Positions 1-9,968 of a stretch of 64,000 nucleotides of DNA are shown piece by piece; within the stretch, counting starts at the first letter, position 1, and every line of letters starts with the position of its first letter. Source of the stretch: Eledone cirrhosa. Its lineage: Eukaryota. The stretch covers positions 207,204,001-207,268,000 of the forward strand of contig OZ024742.1 in the NCBI GenBank assembly GCA_964016885.1, given 5' to 3'. The notes under the pieces are model-generated. The model saw only the letters and a program-made list of their open reading frames with translations. It was not told where the DNA came from and searched no databases. The position numbers and the translations under genes are program-made.

Positions 1-959
1 TTGGCACTCTTTGCTACAATGCGTTGCTTCAATTCCTCTATGATAATATTTAGCTTTTTACTCCTAGTTTTGTATTTTATTTCCAGTCTATTTTTAGTGC
101 CTATGTTTTTTAGTGTCCCATTCAGTAGTGACTCAAGCTTTCCTATGTCATTTCTCATTTCCCCGATTTGCCCACTCAGTCGCTTCTTCCACCACGGCTC
201 TGCTCTTTCTTGTCTGTTGTTTCCTCTCGCTTTTATACCAAGTAGTTTCCTCACCGTATTTGCTGTTGCTTTGAGGATATTGTTGCACTGGTGAAGACTC
301 CTCGCCTCATGGTATGGGATGACTTTGTTTACCTTAGCTGTTGTTTCTTTTAACTTTTTCCTGTCTACAAATCTTAGGTTCATAGGTCTCCCACTATCAT
401 TGTTCAATTCATCTACCACTAGATTTAGGATGTCAACCGAATCTTGTCCTAGCCCGTCAGCATTCATCTCCTCAGTGGCCGTATCTCTGTTCCAGGTATT
501 ATTTATCTCAGTATTCAGATCATTGTCTGCTTCGGGTGGTTCCTCCGTTCTCAGGACCTCCTCACCTTCATTTCCCACCGGCTCGCTTGTCTGGCATACT
601 ACACCCGCCATCTCCAAGCCATTCTCTCTGCTCAGTTCCTCCAGTTCCAGCTCGCTTATCCACCCATTAGTTCTTATTACCCGAGCCTGCCCGGCCAATT
701 TTTGTTCATCTAATTTAAATAAACCAATCTCGTTCCAGATGTTATGCATCCGTCTCCTGTAGCCCCTCTCCTTGGGGTTACTTTTCAGGTAGCATTGCAT
801 AACAGTTCTATTCAATTCTTTCGTCCAGTTGGTTCTGGCCCCTTTCCTTCTTCTTCTTCCTCCAACATCAGCAGTATTTGGATGACAGTCAGGTTCCTGC
901 TGCTGAGCCAGGGGGCACCTGTTGGGTGAGAGTCTGTCACATGACGTTCTAGTCTCCAT
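1..959 (-). CDS. N-terminal part of an R4/Dong-like (RLE-type) non-LTR retrotransposon ORF, running off the left edge
   Basis: Minus frame from ATG at 959 is open to base 1 by manual translation: ...NWTKELNRTVMQCYLKSNPKERGYRRRMHNIW...EQKLAGQARVIRTNGWISELELE...EPWWKKRL...IIEELKQRIVAK, typical R4/Dong N-terminal motifs. Absent from the ORF track, presumably because it has no stop in the window. Confidence 0.8.
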   Translation of the reverse strand, partial: METRTSCDRLSPNRCPLAQQQEPDCHPNTADVGGRRRRKGARTNWTKELNRTVMQCYLKSNPKERGYRRRMHNIWNEIGLFKLDEQKLAGQARVIRTNGWISELELEELSRENGLEMAGVVCQTSEPVGNEGEEVLRTEEPPEADNDLNTEINNTWNRDTATEEMNADGLGQDSVDILNLVVDELNNDSGRPMNLRFVDRKKLKETTAKVNKVIPYHEARSLHQCNNILKATANTVRKLLGIKARGNNRQERAEPWWKKRLSGQIGEMRNDIGKLESLLNGTLKNIGTKNRLEIKYKTRSKKLNIIIEELKQRIVAKSA

Positions 960-1389
960 TTCACCGTTATTCGAACTGTTTATGTTCGATATTTAAACAC
1001 TCTTATCGAGGATTGGCGAATGTATGTTTACATAGCCATCTGTGGATCCGCCATCCCACTTGGCCCTTGTGTGGCATTATCACCACGCTGTATACGAACA
1101 CACATAAACAAACAAACACACGGGCAGAAAGGGCCCCAAAAATGAATAAGCATAAGTTTCATTTTAATGTAGTATTCGAATGTCTGACTTAGTTTTTGTT
1201 TTTTAAGTTTTACTTTTTCCCCCCTCTTCTCTGTCCGTCCGCCTGCTTTTCTCTTCATTCTTATTTTCTTTACGTTTTTGGGGTTTCTTTTTTTGTTTTT
1301 GTTTTTCTCTGTTTTTCTCGTTTTTTACTGTTGTTGCTGTGCTGCTTTTGTTGTTTGTTTTTTCTTTTTTCTTTTGAGTCTATCTATAT

Positions 1390-2349
1390 ATTTTGATGCC
1401 TTCCTCTTTGTTAGTAGTAGGAATTCTATAATGTGGAAGTGGTAGCCAGCAGAGACTAGCGGCGTTGGCGATACTGAGACAGTGGTGGCGGTGATGTCGA
1501 TACCGAGGCAGCGGTGGCGGTGATGCGACCGTATTACTGTAGTGATGGTGCTGTAGCGGTGGCAGCAGCAGTGAAGGAGTCAGGGGGTGGTGGCGGCGGT
1601 GATGGGACAGCGGTGGCAATGATGGCCGTAGTGAGCGGTGGCGGTGAAGGTGAAAATGCTGTTGTGTTTAGTGTACACAGATGATGGGGTGGGTGGTGTA
1701 TCTAGTTTCTGGTGTTGGTGAGTTTCGCTGTCCTATATAGTGTAGCCAGAGGAGAGGAGGGGGGGGGGGTTCTTCTTCTTCCATTTATAGCCATTTTATT
1801 TTATTTATTTTTTTTTTTTTTTTGGATATACAGTGTACAATACAAAGTTGAATATTTGAATATTTGAGCCGTATTACTGTAGTGATGGTGCTGTAGCGGT
1901 GGCAGCAGCAGTGAAGGAGTCAGGGGGTGGTGGCGGCGGTGATGGGACAGCGGTGGCAATGATGGCCGTAGTGAGCGGTGGCGGTGAAGGTGAAAATGCT
2001 GTTGTGTTTAGTGTACACAGATGATGGGGTGGGCGGTGTATCTAGTTTCTGGTGTTGGTGAGTTTAGCTGTCCTATATAGTGTAGCCAGAGGAGAGGAGG
2101 GGGGGGGGTTCTTCTTCTTCCATTTATAGCCATTTTTTTTTTGGATATACAGTGTACAATACAAAGTTGAACATTTGAATATTTGAGCCTTATAACAATA
2201 TATTTTGGGTCCGAATTTTTTGGGGCTCAAGCCGGGTGCTTTACGTAGCATTTGTACTAAGAGTTGTTATTTCACAAATGATTTAAATATGTTAAAAATT
2301 CAAAACTTACGGGAGCGATTTCATGACCTCCGTCACCTCGTGCGTCTTC
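1390..2349 (-). mobile_element. Possible 5'UTR/ORF1-start remnant of another Tx1-like element
   Basis: Minus strand starts after the (TAA)n tract with ...TGACGGAGG...GCTCCCGTAAG (Tx1 copy 1 5'UTR has TGACGGAGGCTCGGCTCTGTAAG) and contains A-run+ATGGCT as at the ORF1 starts of copies 1 and 2, followed by low-complexity sequence. Confidence 0.3.
1529..2189. repeat. Near-perfect direct tandem duplication (~1529-1870 and ~1869-2189)
   Basis: Both units run CCGTATTACTGTAGTGATGG...ATTTGAATATTTGAGCC and differ mainly in a T-rich run. Confidence 0.9.

Positions 2350-2404
<55 letters not shown>
2350..2404. repeat. (TTA)n microsatellite; (TAA)n tail/target of the Dong-like element
   Basis: Pure TTA tract directly abutting the 3' end of the minus-strand RLE element. 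Confidence 0.95.
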
Positions 2405-2405
<1 letters not shown>

Positions 2406-3666
2406 TTTGAGTCTCAGTCATTGATGTTAGTTAACTGGAAAGTTTGTTGAAATGAATATCAAGCCACTACCTGGAGCCTCAGATATTCAGGACGTATCGG
2501 AGGGTTCTTGCTGTTCCCAGCAAGCATGTCTTTTGAAGCGTTCCAAAAAGCGTGGCGGGGCCAATTTTCTTTAAACATCTCTGGAAACTTTTTGAGATAG
2601 TACCTAGTGCGCCTATGACAATCGGGACCACTTTGACTTCATGGCAGTTCCAAATCCTTTTTACCTCCCACTTTAAGTCCTGGTATCGGTTAATTTTCTC
2701 CCTCTCCTTCTCTTGCACTCTCGTGTCGAATGGGCAGGCCACATCCACAATCAGGCACGATCTTTTTTCTTTGTCCAAAACCACCAGGTCAGGTCTATTG
2801 TATTCCAGTTTCTTGTCCGTCTGTATCCTAAAATCCCACAGCAACTTCACCTGATCGTTTTCTATCACCGACTCTGGATAATGCTCATACCACTTCTCAG
2901 AATGTGGTAAATTGTTTACTTTGCATAGGTGCCAGTGGATCACCCTGCTCATCACATCATGTCTCCAGCCCTTATAGTGAGTCTGGGTTAGGTGTTTACA
3001 CTCGGATACAATGTGAGCCACAATCTCCTCTCTCTCTCCACAGATCCTGCACAGTGGGATAGCCTTCTCCTTGTAAATATGGTGTTTTAACCACTTCGTT
3101 TTGAGGGCCTGCTCTTGCGCAGCCATTAGCATTTCTTCTGTAGCCTTTTTAAGGTCTCCTCTTTTCAACCAGTTCCATGTCTGTGGATCTCTTAATTCAG
3201 TTTTCTCAAAGAAGGTACTATGAAGGGATTTTTCATGAAGGCTGCTCTTTCTCCTTGTTGTTATTTCCTCCCTGGACATCTCCTGGTCTATTTTCCTCTC
3301 CTTCAGTACAGTTCTGAGCATTGGCTCCTTACTATCAGTCACGTATTTGTGTAGGTTGTTTTTCTCCATCTGAACACAGTCCTCTATGCTGATAATAACT
3401 CTTCCACCTTCAGATCTCCTTAAGTAGAGTCTATCGACATCACTCCTCTTGTGGAACATGTTGTAGATAGTCAATATCTTCCTAGTCTTCCTATCCATTT
3501 CTTTTTGTTCAGCAACATTCCATCTCAGAATTCCCGCACTGTACCTAATAATAGACACAGCTCAGGAATTTACTGCACTTATGGCATTCCTACTATTCAG
3601 GTGTGACTTTAATACGCTCCTTACTCTCCGAATGTATTCAGATCTTATCAATTCCTTCATTTCTTT

Positions 3667-3670
<4 letters not shown>
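2405..3670 (-). mobile_element. 5'-truncated R4/Dong-like non-LTR retrotransposon flanked by (TAA)n on both sides
   Basis: Encodes RT C-terminus, CCHC finger and RLE; TTA tracts at 2350-2404 and 3671-3702. Dong elements are known to target TAA repeats. Confidence 0.85.
2479..3660 (-). pseudogene. RT C-terminus, CCHC finger and restriction-like endonuclease of the R4/Dong-like element
   Basis: ORF 2479..3558 has RLYLRRSEGGR, CRICGEREEIVAHIVSEC, RPDLVVLDK, DVACPFD, EKINRYQDL, GALG. Homology continues upstream through an in-frame TGA near 3562. Confidence 0.85.
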
Positions 3671-3702
<32 letters not shown>

Positions 3703-3917
3703 GAATGCCATGGTTGACGGAGGCTCGGCTCTGTAAGGTATAGTAATTTTTAACCGTTAAAACAATTGTAAATTGTTTAAAACTTGAACCAAATTGTTGA
3801 TAAAGACACCCTCCTCCTCGTGAGAGGGGTCTTTCTGTCCGTTATTTGGCCCTTCGGGGTTAAATAACCAGTTATTGGGGTTTTGTACCCAAAATTTCAT
3901 TTTAAACAAAAAACAAC

Positions 3918-6006
3918 ATGGCTACGAAAAAAAAATTTCATACGTCACTCCCACTCATTCCGTCTTCTTCTTCCTCAATCATCACTACAGCAGAGAGAAG
4001 ATTGTCTCTCTCCCTCCCTTCTTTAAATGTGTCTCTCTCCCTCCCTTCTCTTTCGCAAGTGACGAAAGAAAAGAAAAGTCTCGTGCAAAGCGTGCAAGGT
4101 TTCTCCACGACGACGACGACAGCGACGAAACAGGTGTGCGGGAAATACGAAAACCCAGTTCATTCGTCTGACGTCAGGAATAATAGCAGTAGCAGCCGTA
4201 ATAACAACAGCAACAGTGACAACGAAAACAACAGTAGCAGCCGCAACAGCATCACCAGCAGCATAAACAACAACAGCATTAGCAGCAGCAACACCAACAA
4301 CAACCACAGCAACAGCGGCGGAGGGAGTAGTCGTAGTACCTGCAGCAACAACAAAAGTACCAGCAGCTCTGACGACAACAACAACAGCAGAGAAAAACCA
4401 ATCTCATTTGCAGGTATTGCGAAAAACTTGGAAACAATCCTCATAACAAATGAGGAATTAGAGGAAGCGAAGAAGATGGTGACAAAGAACGGACACCGAG
4501 CAATCTGCAAGGCAGCGAAAAATTTTTTCGAAACCCAAGAGCACTGTACGGTCACGTACCGTACAGTAAGTACAAAATCCCGTAGGGTGGAAAGAGCCAC
4601 AGAGGCCCAAATACAAAAAGCCTTGGGGTCTGTGTGGCAGCGGAAAACGCACATCACCCGAGGCAAAAAAATACGCCACCGTAGACGTACTTTTTGCCAC
4701 ACCCCAGGAGGCAAAGGCCCAATCAGTAGTGACCCTAAGGAGCGAGGAAATGGTGTTGGTGCCCTCCTACTGCGGGCAAAAAATTGTGAGGGTCAAACTG
4801 ACCCACGTCCCCCCCGGAATGACCCCTTCTTGGCTGGCCGCGTCTGTCCTCGTCGGAATCGAGGACAAAACAACTGTACTGCAAGTACAGAAAAAAGTAA
4901 GAGAAGATTGGGTCGGCTCCTCCATTGAGATGCTAATCCAAACCAACCAGGAGTGCATCGAAGCTATCCCGGATGTGATAGACTTCGATAACGGCACTCA
5001 ACTGCCCATAAGTGTTGAGGGCAAACGCCCGAAATGCTTTCGCTGTGGATCGAAGACTCACCTCAGGGCCTTCTGCAACGAGAAGACCCTGAGAAAGGAG
5101 AAAACCCCCCTCCTTCCGAATCCGGCTCCACGGCTACCAGCAACAGGACAAGCGGCAACCAGGAACGATAGGTCCGTGGCACCCATACCCACTCCACGGA
5201 AATCAAAGACAGCAGCAGCAGTGGAAATATTAACAACAACAACAGCAATACCAAATGCAGCTGCAACAGAGACTCCAGTGCAAACATCACCAACAACAAC
5301 AAGTGAAAGAGTGGAGCTGGTACCCCTCCCCGACCTTACAGAATCAGACATGGAGTGTGAGGTGGGAGAGGAATGGCAAAAGGTCGCAAGAAGGCACAAA
5401 CGCAGAAGCAGCGCATCGTCGCCTTTGAAAAGGGAGGAAAGAAATGAGAAAAGGGTAAAGTCTACTGCAAAGAGACCCACAGCAGCAACACCACCAACAC
5501 CATCACCACCCACACCAGCACCACCATCACCACCGGCGACAACTCCACCGCCAACAACACCTTCAACACAACCACCAACATCGCAAACACAACAACAAAA
5601 CACACATACCCAGCAACAACGACAAGAAAATAGCAGAACCACACCCCACCCCCAGAAAAACAAATGCACGGCAATAAATACACACAACAAGAAACTAATG
5701 ACTTACATAATTGAACACACAGACATTTCACAACAGGACTACATAATACCAGCACCAATCAAAACGCCAACTAACATAAGACTGCTAAAAATAGCACAGA
5801 AACAATACACAAACATTAAAACGAAATTCCCCAACGCAGTTGGTGATTTCAGGGACCTAGGAGGAACCATCAATCGAAGAGTATACTCAGACATACTCTT
5901 AGAAGAGCCGACGACCAGCCGAAGGGACGATTCAACGGTCCCTTCACCAGACGACCAAGTGAAAAGGGATGTAAAAACCATCCCTCATCTACCAAAAGTA
6001 CGGTAA
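3918..6006 (+). CDS. Tx1 ORF1 (gag-like RNA-binding protein, CX2CX4HX4C knuckle), split by one extra A at ~4665-4671
   Basis: ORFs 3918..4928 and 4729..6006 join if GGC-AAAAAAA-TAC has 6 A (RGKKYATVDVLF, matching RGQKYGTVDVFF in copy 3); knuckle CFRCGSKTHLRAFC. Confidence 0.8.
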
Positions 6007-6041
6007 GTGGTCTTTCCCATCTTTTCCACTCTATTTTAAAC

Positions 6042-9000
6042 ATGACCTCACTCAGAATAGGCAGCATAAATGCGCGTGGCTTGGGGTCGTCATGGAAGCA
6101 GGGTCACCTGCTCAACGACCTCAGGTCACTAAACATAGATGTAGTGGCCATCAGCGAGACCAGAATCTCCGAAGCACGGGCCTTCGCACCGATCTTCGGC
6201 GGCTACGATGTGTACGCATCTCCCAGCCGTCCTGGATCGGGTGGAGGAGTTGCTGTGCTTTTTCGGAGAGGTTTGGATCTCGCCATACGGGCCATCTTCC
6301 TGGACCCAGAGGGTAAGCTGGTGGTGCTGGACGTGACCAGCGGAGACGGGCAAGCTTTCAGGCTAGTGGCCGTCTATGCCCCGACAGGAGCAGGGCGGCC
6401 TGATTTCTTCCGGCGTCTGGAGACCTTTCTTGGAACGTCCCACTCTTTAGTGTTAGTGGGCGACTGGAACGGGATCTTAGATGCACGCTGGGACTGTGTG
6501 GGATTAGCGGATAGGGGTGGAGGGTGCAAGAGCCTCACCAACCTGCTCAGGCGTTTTGAACTGTCTGACAGGTACCGATTGGATTTCCCGAATGTGCCAA
6601 TGTGGACTTGGACAAACCGCATAGGGTCATCCAGATCATATCTAGATAGAGTATTTTGTAGGGAAATAGATAGGTCTAGCATAGGCTGTCCACAATTCAA
6701 GATAGTCAGCTACACGGACCACAAATTCGTGACCTGTGTGCTTGACTTAGATAGGCTTCATAGACGAGGACCCGGCTACTGGAAGCTAAACGCGTCCTTA
6801 CCAGCGCGCAAGGCCTACAGAGACCGGATTAGCGAACTAGTTAAGCGGGCGTTGACGGGGGCCATCGTCAACAACAAGTGGTGGTTTGCTCTGAAAAGAG
6901 CGATTAGAATAGAATCGATTAGGTTTAGTAAGGCTTTAGCAATAGAGAAAAATAGAGCAGAGGGAGAACTAGTTAGAAAATTAGACGAGGCGCTTAGCAA
7001 AGGCATTGCGACCGACGTGCTTGCGGCGAAATTGGCCCTTGACCAATTCTTCAATGCAAAGCACGAAGGCTGCGTTGTCAGAGCTAGGGTGCGTGCTCTC
7101 AGACACGAGGGGACGAAAGCCGTTCAATGGGCCCGAGTGGCGGAGGCGCGTCGTGGCAACAAAGCCACGATCCGGTCTTTGGTGGACCACGACGGGCGCA
7201 TGCTACTCGATCCCGGGCAAATGTGTGAAGCTTTTCAGCGACACTTCGCTCAGCTGTTCGGGGGCAGCGGTGGGCCGGGTAGAGGGATGGACTTTAGTGT
7301 CTACCTCGACGGACTGCCGCGGCTCTCGGCCACTGAGGCGAAGTGTTGCGAAAAGCCGATAACAGCCGCTGAAGTAAGGGAGGCAATGACTGGCTGCACA
7401 AGGGGTAAATCGCCTGGTTTGGATGGTCTGCCCTATGAACTTTACGTACAGATGCCAGACTTGTTCGGAGGCCTCTTGGCGGACGTCTACTGCAACTGGC
7501 AACAGAACGGGAGAATTCCCAGTTCTGTGAGCCGAGGAGCGGTGGCACTGCTGAGAAAGGATCCGAACAAGGGGGATAACATAGACAATTTCCGGCCCAT
7601 AACTCTGCTAAACACAGAGTTTAAGATTTTGGCCAAGGTGCTAGCAAAGAGGTTGGCGCTTGTCGTTGGTGGTCTGGTGGGAGAGGCGCAGACATGCGCC
7701 ATTCCCGACAGATCATTCCACGACAACCTCCACCTCATGCGATACATCGTAGAGAGGGTAGCTAGGGAACCTGGCACGGGTGGGTCCTTGATCAATTTAG
7801 ATCAGTCGAAAGCTTTCGATAGGGTCGACCATCGTTACCTAGCGGCAGTCCTGAGGGCGGCTGGCTTTGGGCCCGTCTTCAGAGGCTGGATCGCTGCCAT
7901 GCACAGCGACATCTGCTCTGTGGTGAGAGTGAACGGTCACCTGTCGGAACCGTTCAACATCATGCGCTCGGTCCGCCAAGGATGTCCCCTCTCGTCCCTC
8001 TTGTACGTATTGACTCTCGAGCCATTACTGCACAAACTGGAGACGTTGAGGGGAGTCCCGCGCGAACTAGGATGCGGAAGATCCGTGTCAGCATATGCGG
8101 ACGATGTCACCGTAGTGGTGTCGAACGCCAAACACATCGAGGCGATCGGCACTACACTAAGAGAATACGAAGCGGTGACAGGAGCAATGATCAACCAGGA
8201 AAAGTCAGTGGGCCTGCAGCTCGGCACCTGGAGAGGCAGGTCCATGCCGTCCAACAGCGTCGTCGGGCGCTGGACGGACGGACCGGTTAAATTGCTAGGG
8301 GTCTGGTTCGGTCCGGACCTCCAGACGGACAAAAACTGGGACGAGGTGACGAGCAGGGTGGCTTCTCTCACCCAGAAATGGGCGGAGAGGAAGCTATCCC
8401 TGAAAGGTCGAGCGGAGGTGGCTAACGCGTACATCGCGTCTGTCATCTGCTACCGCCTAACCGTCGTACCTTGTCCTAAGCCTCGCCTGACTGCGCTGGA
8501 GCGTTTGCTCTTTCGCTTTTTGTGGAAGGGACGTGCTCCGATGGTCAGGCGGTCCATCTGTTGTCAACACCCGCTACGTGGAGGGCTGGGCATGCCGTGG
8601 CTGATGATGCGCAGGCACGCGCTCAGGCTACGACATCTCCACCTCTTCCTCGACGGTGATCAGGTGTGGTCGCCGTTTGCTAGACGCGTTTTTCCCCAGC
8701 TCGTTTCCTTGACGGAGCTGCAGTCCTGGGTCAAGCGAAGACCGAGAGGGAGCGCCTGGAGACTGGAATGTCTTCAGGCGCTCACAGCCCTCGACCAATC
8801 GGGCAATGTGATCGGTGGAAACTCCACCTCGGCGTTCTATAGAGGATTAGTGGAGGGGAAGAGCGACGACGTACTTGGGGAAACTCTAGGCGTCGACGAA
8901 AATCAACTAGCCAATCTCTTCGGAAGAACTTTCGGGCCAGGGCCTATGGACAACTTCCAGAAATCTCTGGCCTGGCAGTGCTACCGAGGAGCCTTGCCAG

Positions 9001-9461
9001 TTCGGGATAAACTCTACAGGCATGGAGGTGCCGTCAGCCGGGCATGTCCGAGATGCGCGCAGGGCGACGAAACCGTCCTGCACGCACTCGTCCAGTGTCC
9101 GAAAATTGCTGACTTGTGGGTTTATGTCGAACACCTGCTGTCGCGTTTAGGACGGATCCAGCTAGCATCTGAGTCTATCGTGAGGATTGCCCCGCCCTCC
9201 TCCTTTAGCCGGGAAGGGCAGGCAGTTTTTATCTGTCTGGTGGCCATGGCGAAAGAGATAGTATGGTGGACACGTTTGAAAGGGCTGAAGACGAGCACTT
9301 ACCTCTTCGGTGATGCTCTGATTGCCTTTTTCAAATTTCATTTGAAAAGGAAAATCAGAGTAGAGAAGGAAGTGCTCTCTTCCCAGCATTTTGTTGAAAG
9401 ATGGGTGAGAGAAGCAAGAATGGCCCGAGTGAATGGGCCGACTCTGAGTATATATCTGTAA
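6042..9461 (+). CDS. Tx1 ORF2: APE endonuclease, reverse transcriptase, C-terminal Zn finger (1139 aa, open)
   Basis: APE motifs SINARG, ISET, VYAP, GDWN, YLDR, TDH; GPGYWKLN; KSPGLDG; RPITLLN; LDQSKAFDRV; VRQGCPLS; YADD; CPRC...ETVLHALVQC. Confidence 0.95.
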   Translation: MTSLRIGSINARGLGSSWKQGHLLNDLRSLNIDVVAISETRISEARAFAPIFGGYDVYASPSRPGSGGGVAVLFRRGLDLAIRAIFLDPEGKLVVLDVTSGDGQAFRLVAVYAPTGAGRPDFFRRLETFLGTSHSLVLVGDWNGILDARWDCVGLADRGGGCKSLTNLLRRFELSDRYRLDFPNVPMWTWTNRIGSSRSYLDRVFCREIDRSSIGCPQFKIVSYTDHKFVTCVLDLDRLHRRGPGYWKLNASLPARKAYRDRISELVKRALTGAIVNNKWWFALKRAIRIESIRFSKALAIEKNRAEGELVRKLDEALSKGIATDVLAAKLALDQFFNAKHEGCVVRARVRALRHEGTKAVQWARVAEARRGNKATIRSLVDHDGRMLLDPGQMCEAFQRHFAQLFGGSGGPGRGMDFSVYLDGLPRLSATEAKCCEKPITAAEVREAMTGCTRGKSPGLDGLPYELYVQMPDLFGGLLADVYCNWQQNGRIPSSVSRGAVALLRKDPNKGDNIDNFRPITLLNTEFKILAKVLAKRLALVVGGLVGEAQTCAIPDRSFHDNLHLMRYIVERVAREPGTGGSLINLDQSKAFDRVDHRYLAAVLRAAGFGPVFRGWIAAMHSDICSVVRVNGHLSEPFNIMRSVRQGCPLSSLLYVLTLEPLLHKLETLRGVPRELGCGRSVSAYADDVTVVVSNAKHIEAIGTTLREYEAVTGAMINQEKSVGLQLGTWRGRSMPSNSVVGRWTDGPVKLLGVWFGPDLQTDKNWDEVTSRVASLTQKWAERKLSLKGRAEVANAYIASVICYRLTVVPCPKPRLTALERLLFRFLWKGRAPMVRRSICCQHPLRGGLGMPWLMMRRHALRLRHLHLFLDGDQVWSPFARRVFPQLVSLTELQSWVKRRPRGSAWRLECLQALTALDQSGNVIGGNSTSAFYRGLVEGKSDDVLGETLGVDENQLANLFGRTFGPGPMDNFQKSLAWQCYRGALPVRDKLYRHGGAVSRACPRCAQGDETVLHALVQCPKIADLWVYVEHLLSRLGRIQLASESIVRIAPPSSFSREGQAVFICLVAMAKEIVWWTRLKGLKTSTYLFGDALIAFFKFHLKRKIRVEKEVLSSQHFVERWVREARMARVNGPTLSIYL

Positions 9462-9721
9462 ACTAAAGGTGGAAAACTGGGAGAGGGCACTTGCCTTGGT
9501 GGTCAGGGTCATTGTGGCTTTTTACTGGGCTTTCTCCACAAATGTCCCTCCGAAGTCTCCCCCCTATTGGGGAATTTTTCATTGTTATTTTCATTGTTAT
9601 TTTTGTTACATCCTCTGTTTTTGTTTTTTTACACGCAGAAATGCCCATTTGTACCGTCCTGCATTGTCCTGCACTGTCCTTAATGTCTACTTTATGTAAA
9701 CCCTTGTGGTTAATAAAGAAA

Positions 9722-9759
<38 letters not shown>

Positions 9760-9968
9760 GGCGACCTACGTAGGAAATCGTATTATCGTGAGCTCCGCAA
9801 AGGTTTGTTATTTCCGTTTGTTTAAAAATTGCCATTTATGGAAAATTTTATTGTAAACTGTTTATAAGCACACATACATTGTTTTCCGAAAAGGACACCC
9901 AAAAAGATTGGGGCCTTGTGCCCAAAATTTTAACTTTTATTATTATCCAAAAATTTCTTTGAAAAAAA

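Larger units (their letters stand above)
3703..9759 (+). mobile_element. Tx1/L1-clade LINE, copy 1 (full length, ORF1 type A), with (TTA)n tail
   Basis: 5'UTR, ORF1 with CCHC knuckle, ORF2 APE-RT-ZnF, 3'UTR with AATAAA and TTA tail ~9724-9759; preceded by (TTA)n 3671-3702. Confidence 0.93.

Noticed and set aside
1000-1100. HDV-like ribozyme in the 5'UTR of the Dong-like element
   Set aside because: A TCCTCG string is present, but I could not build the P1/P2/P3 double pseudoknot.
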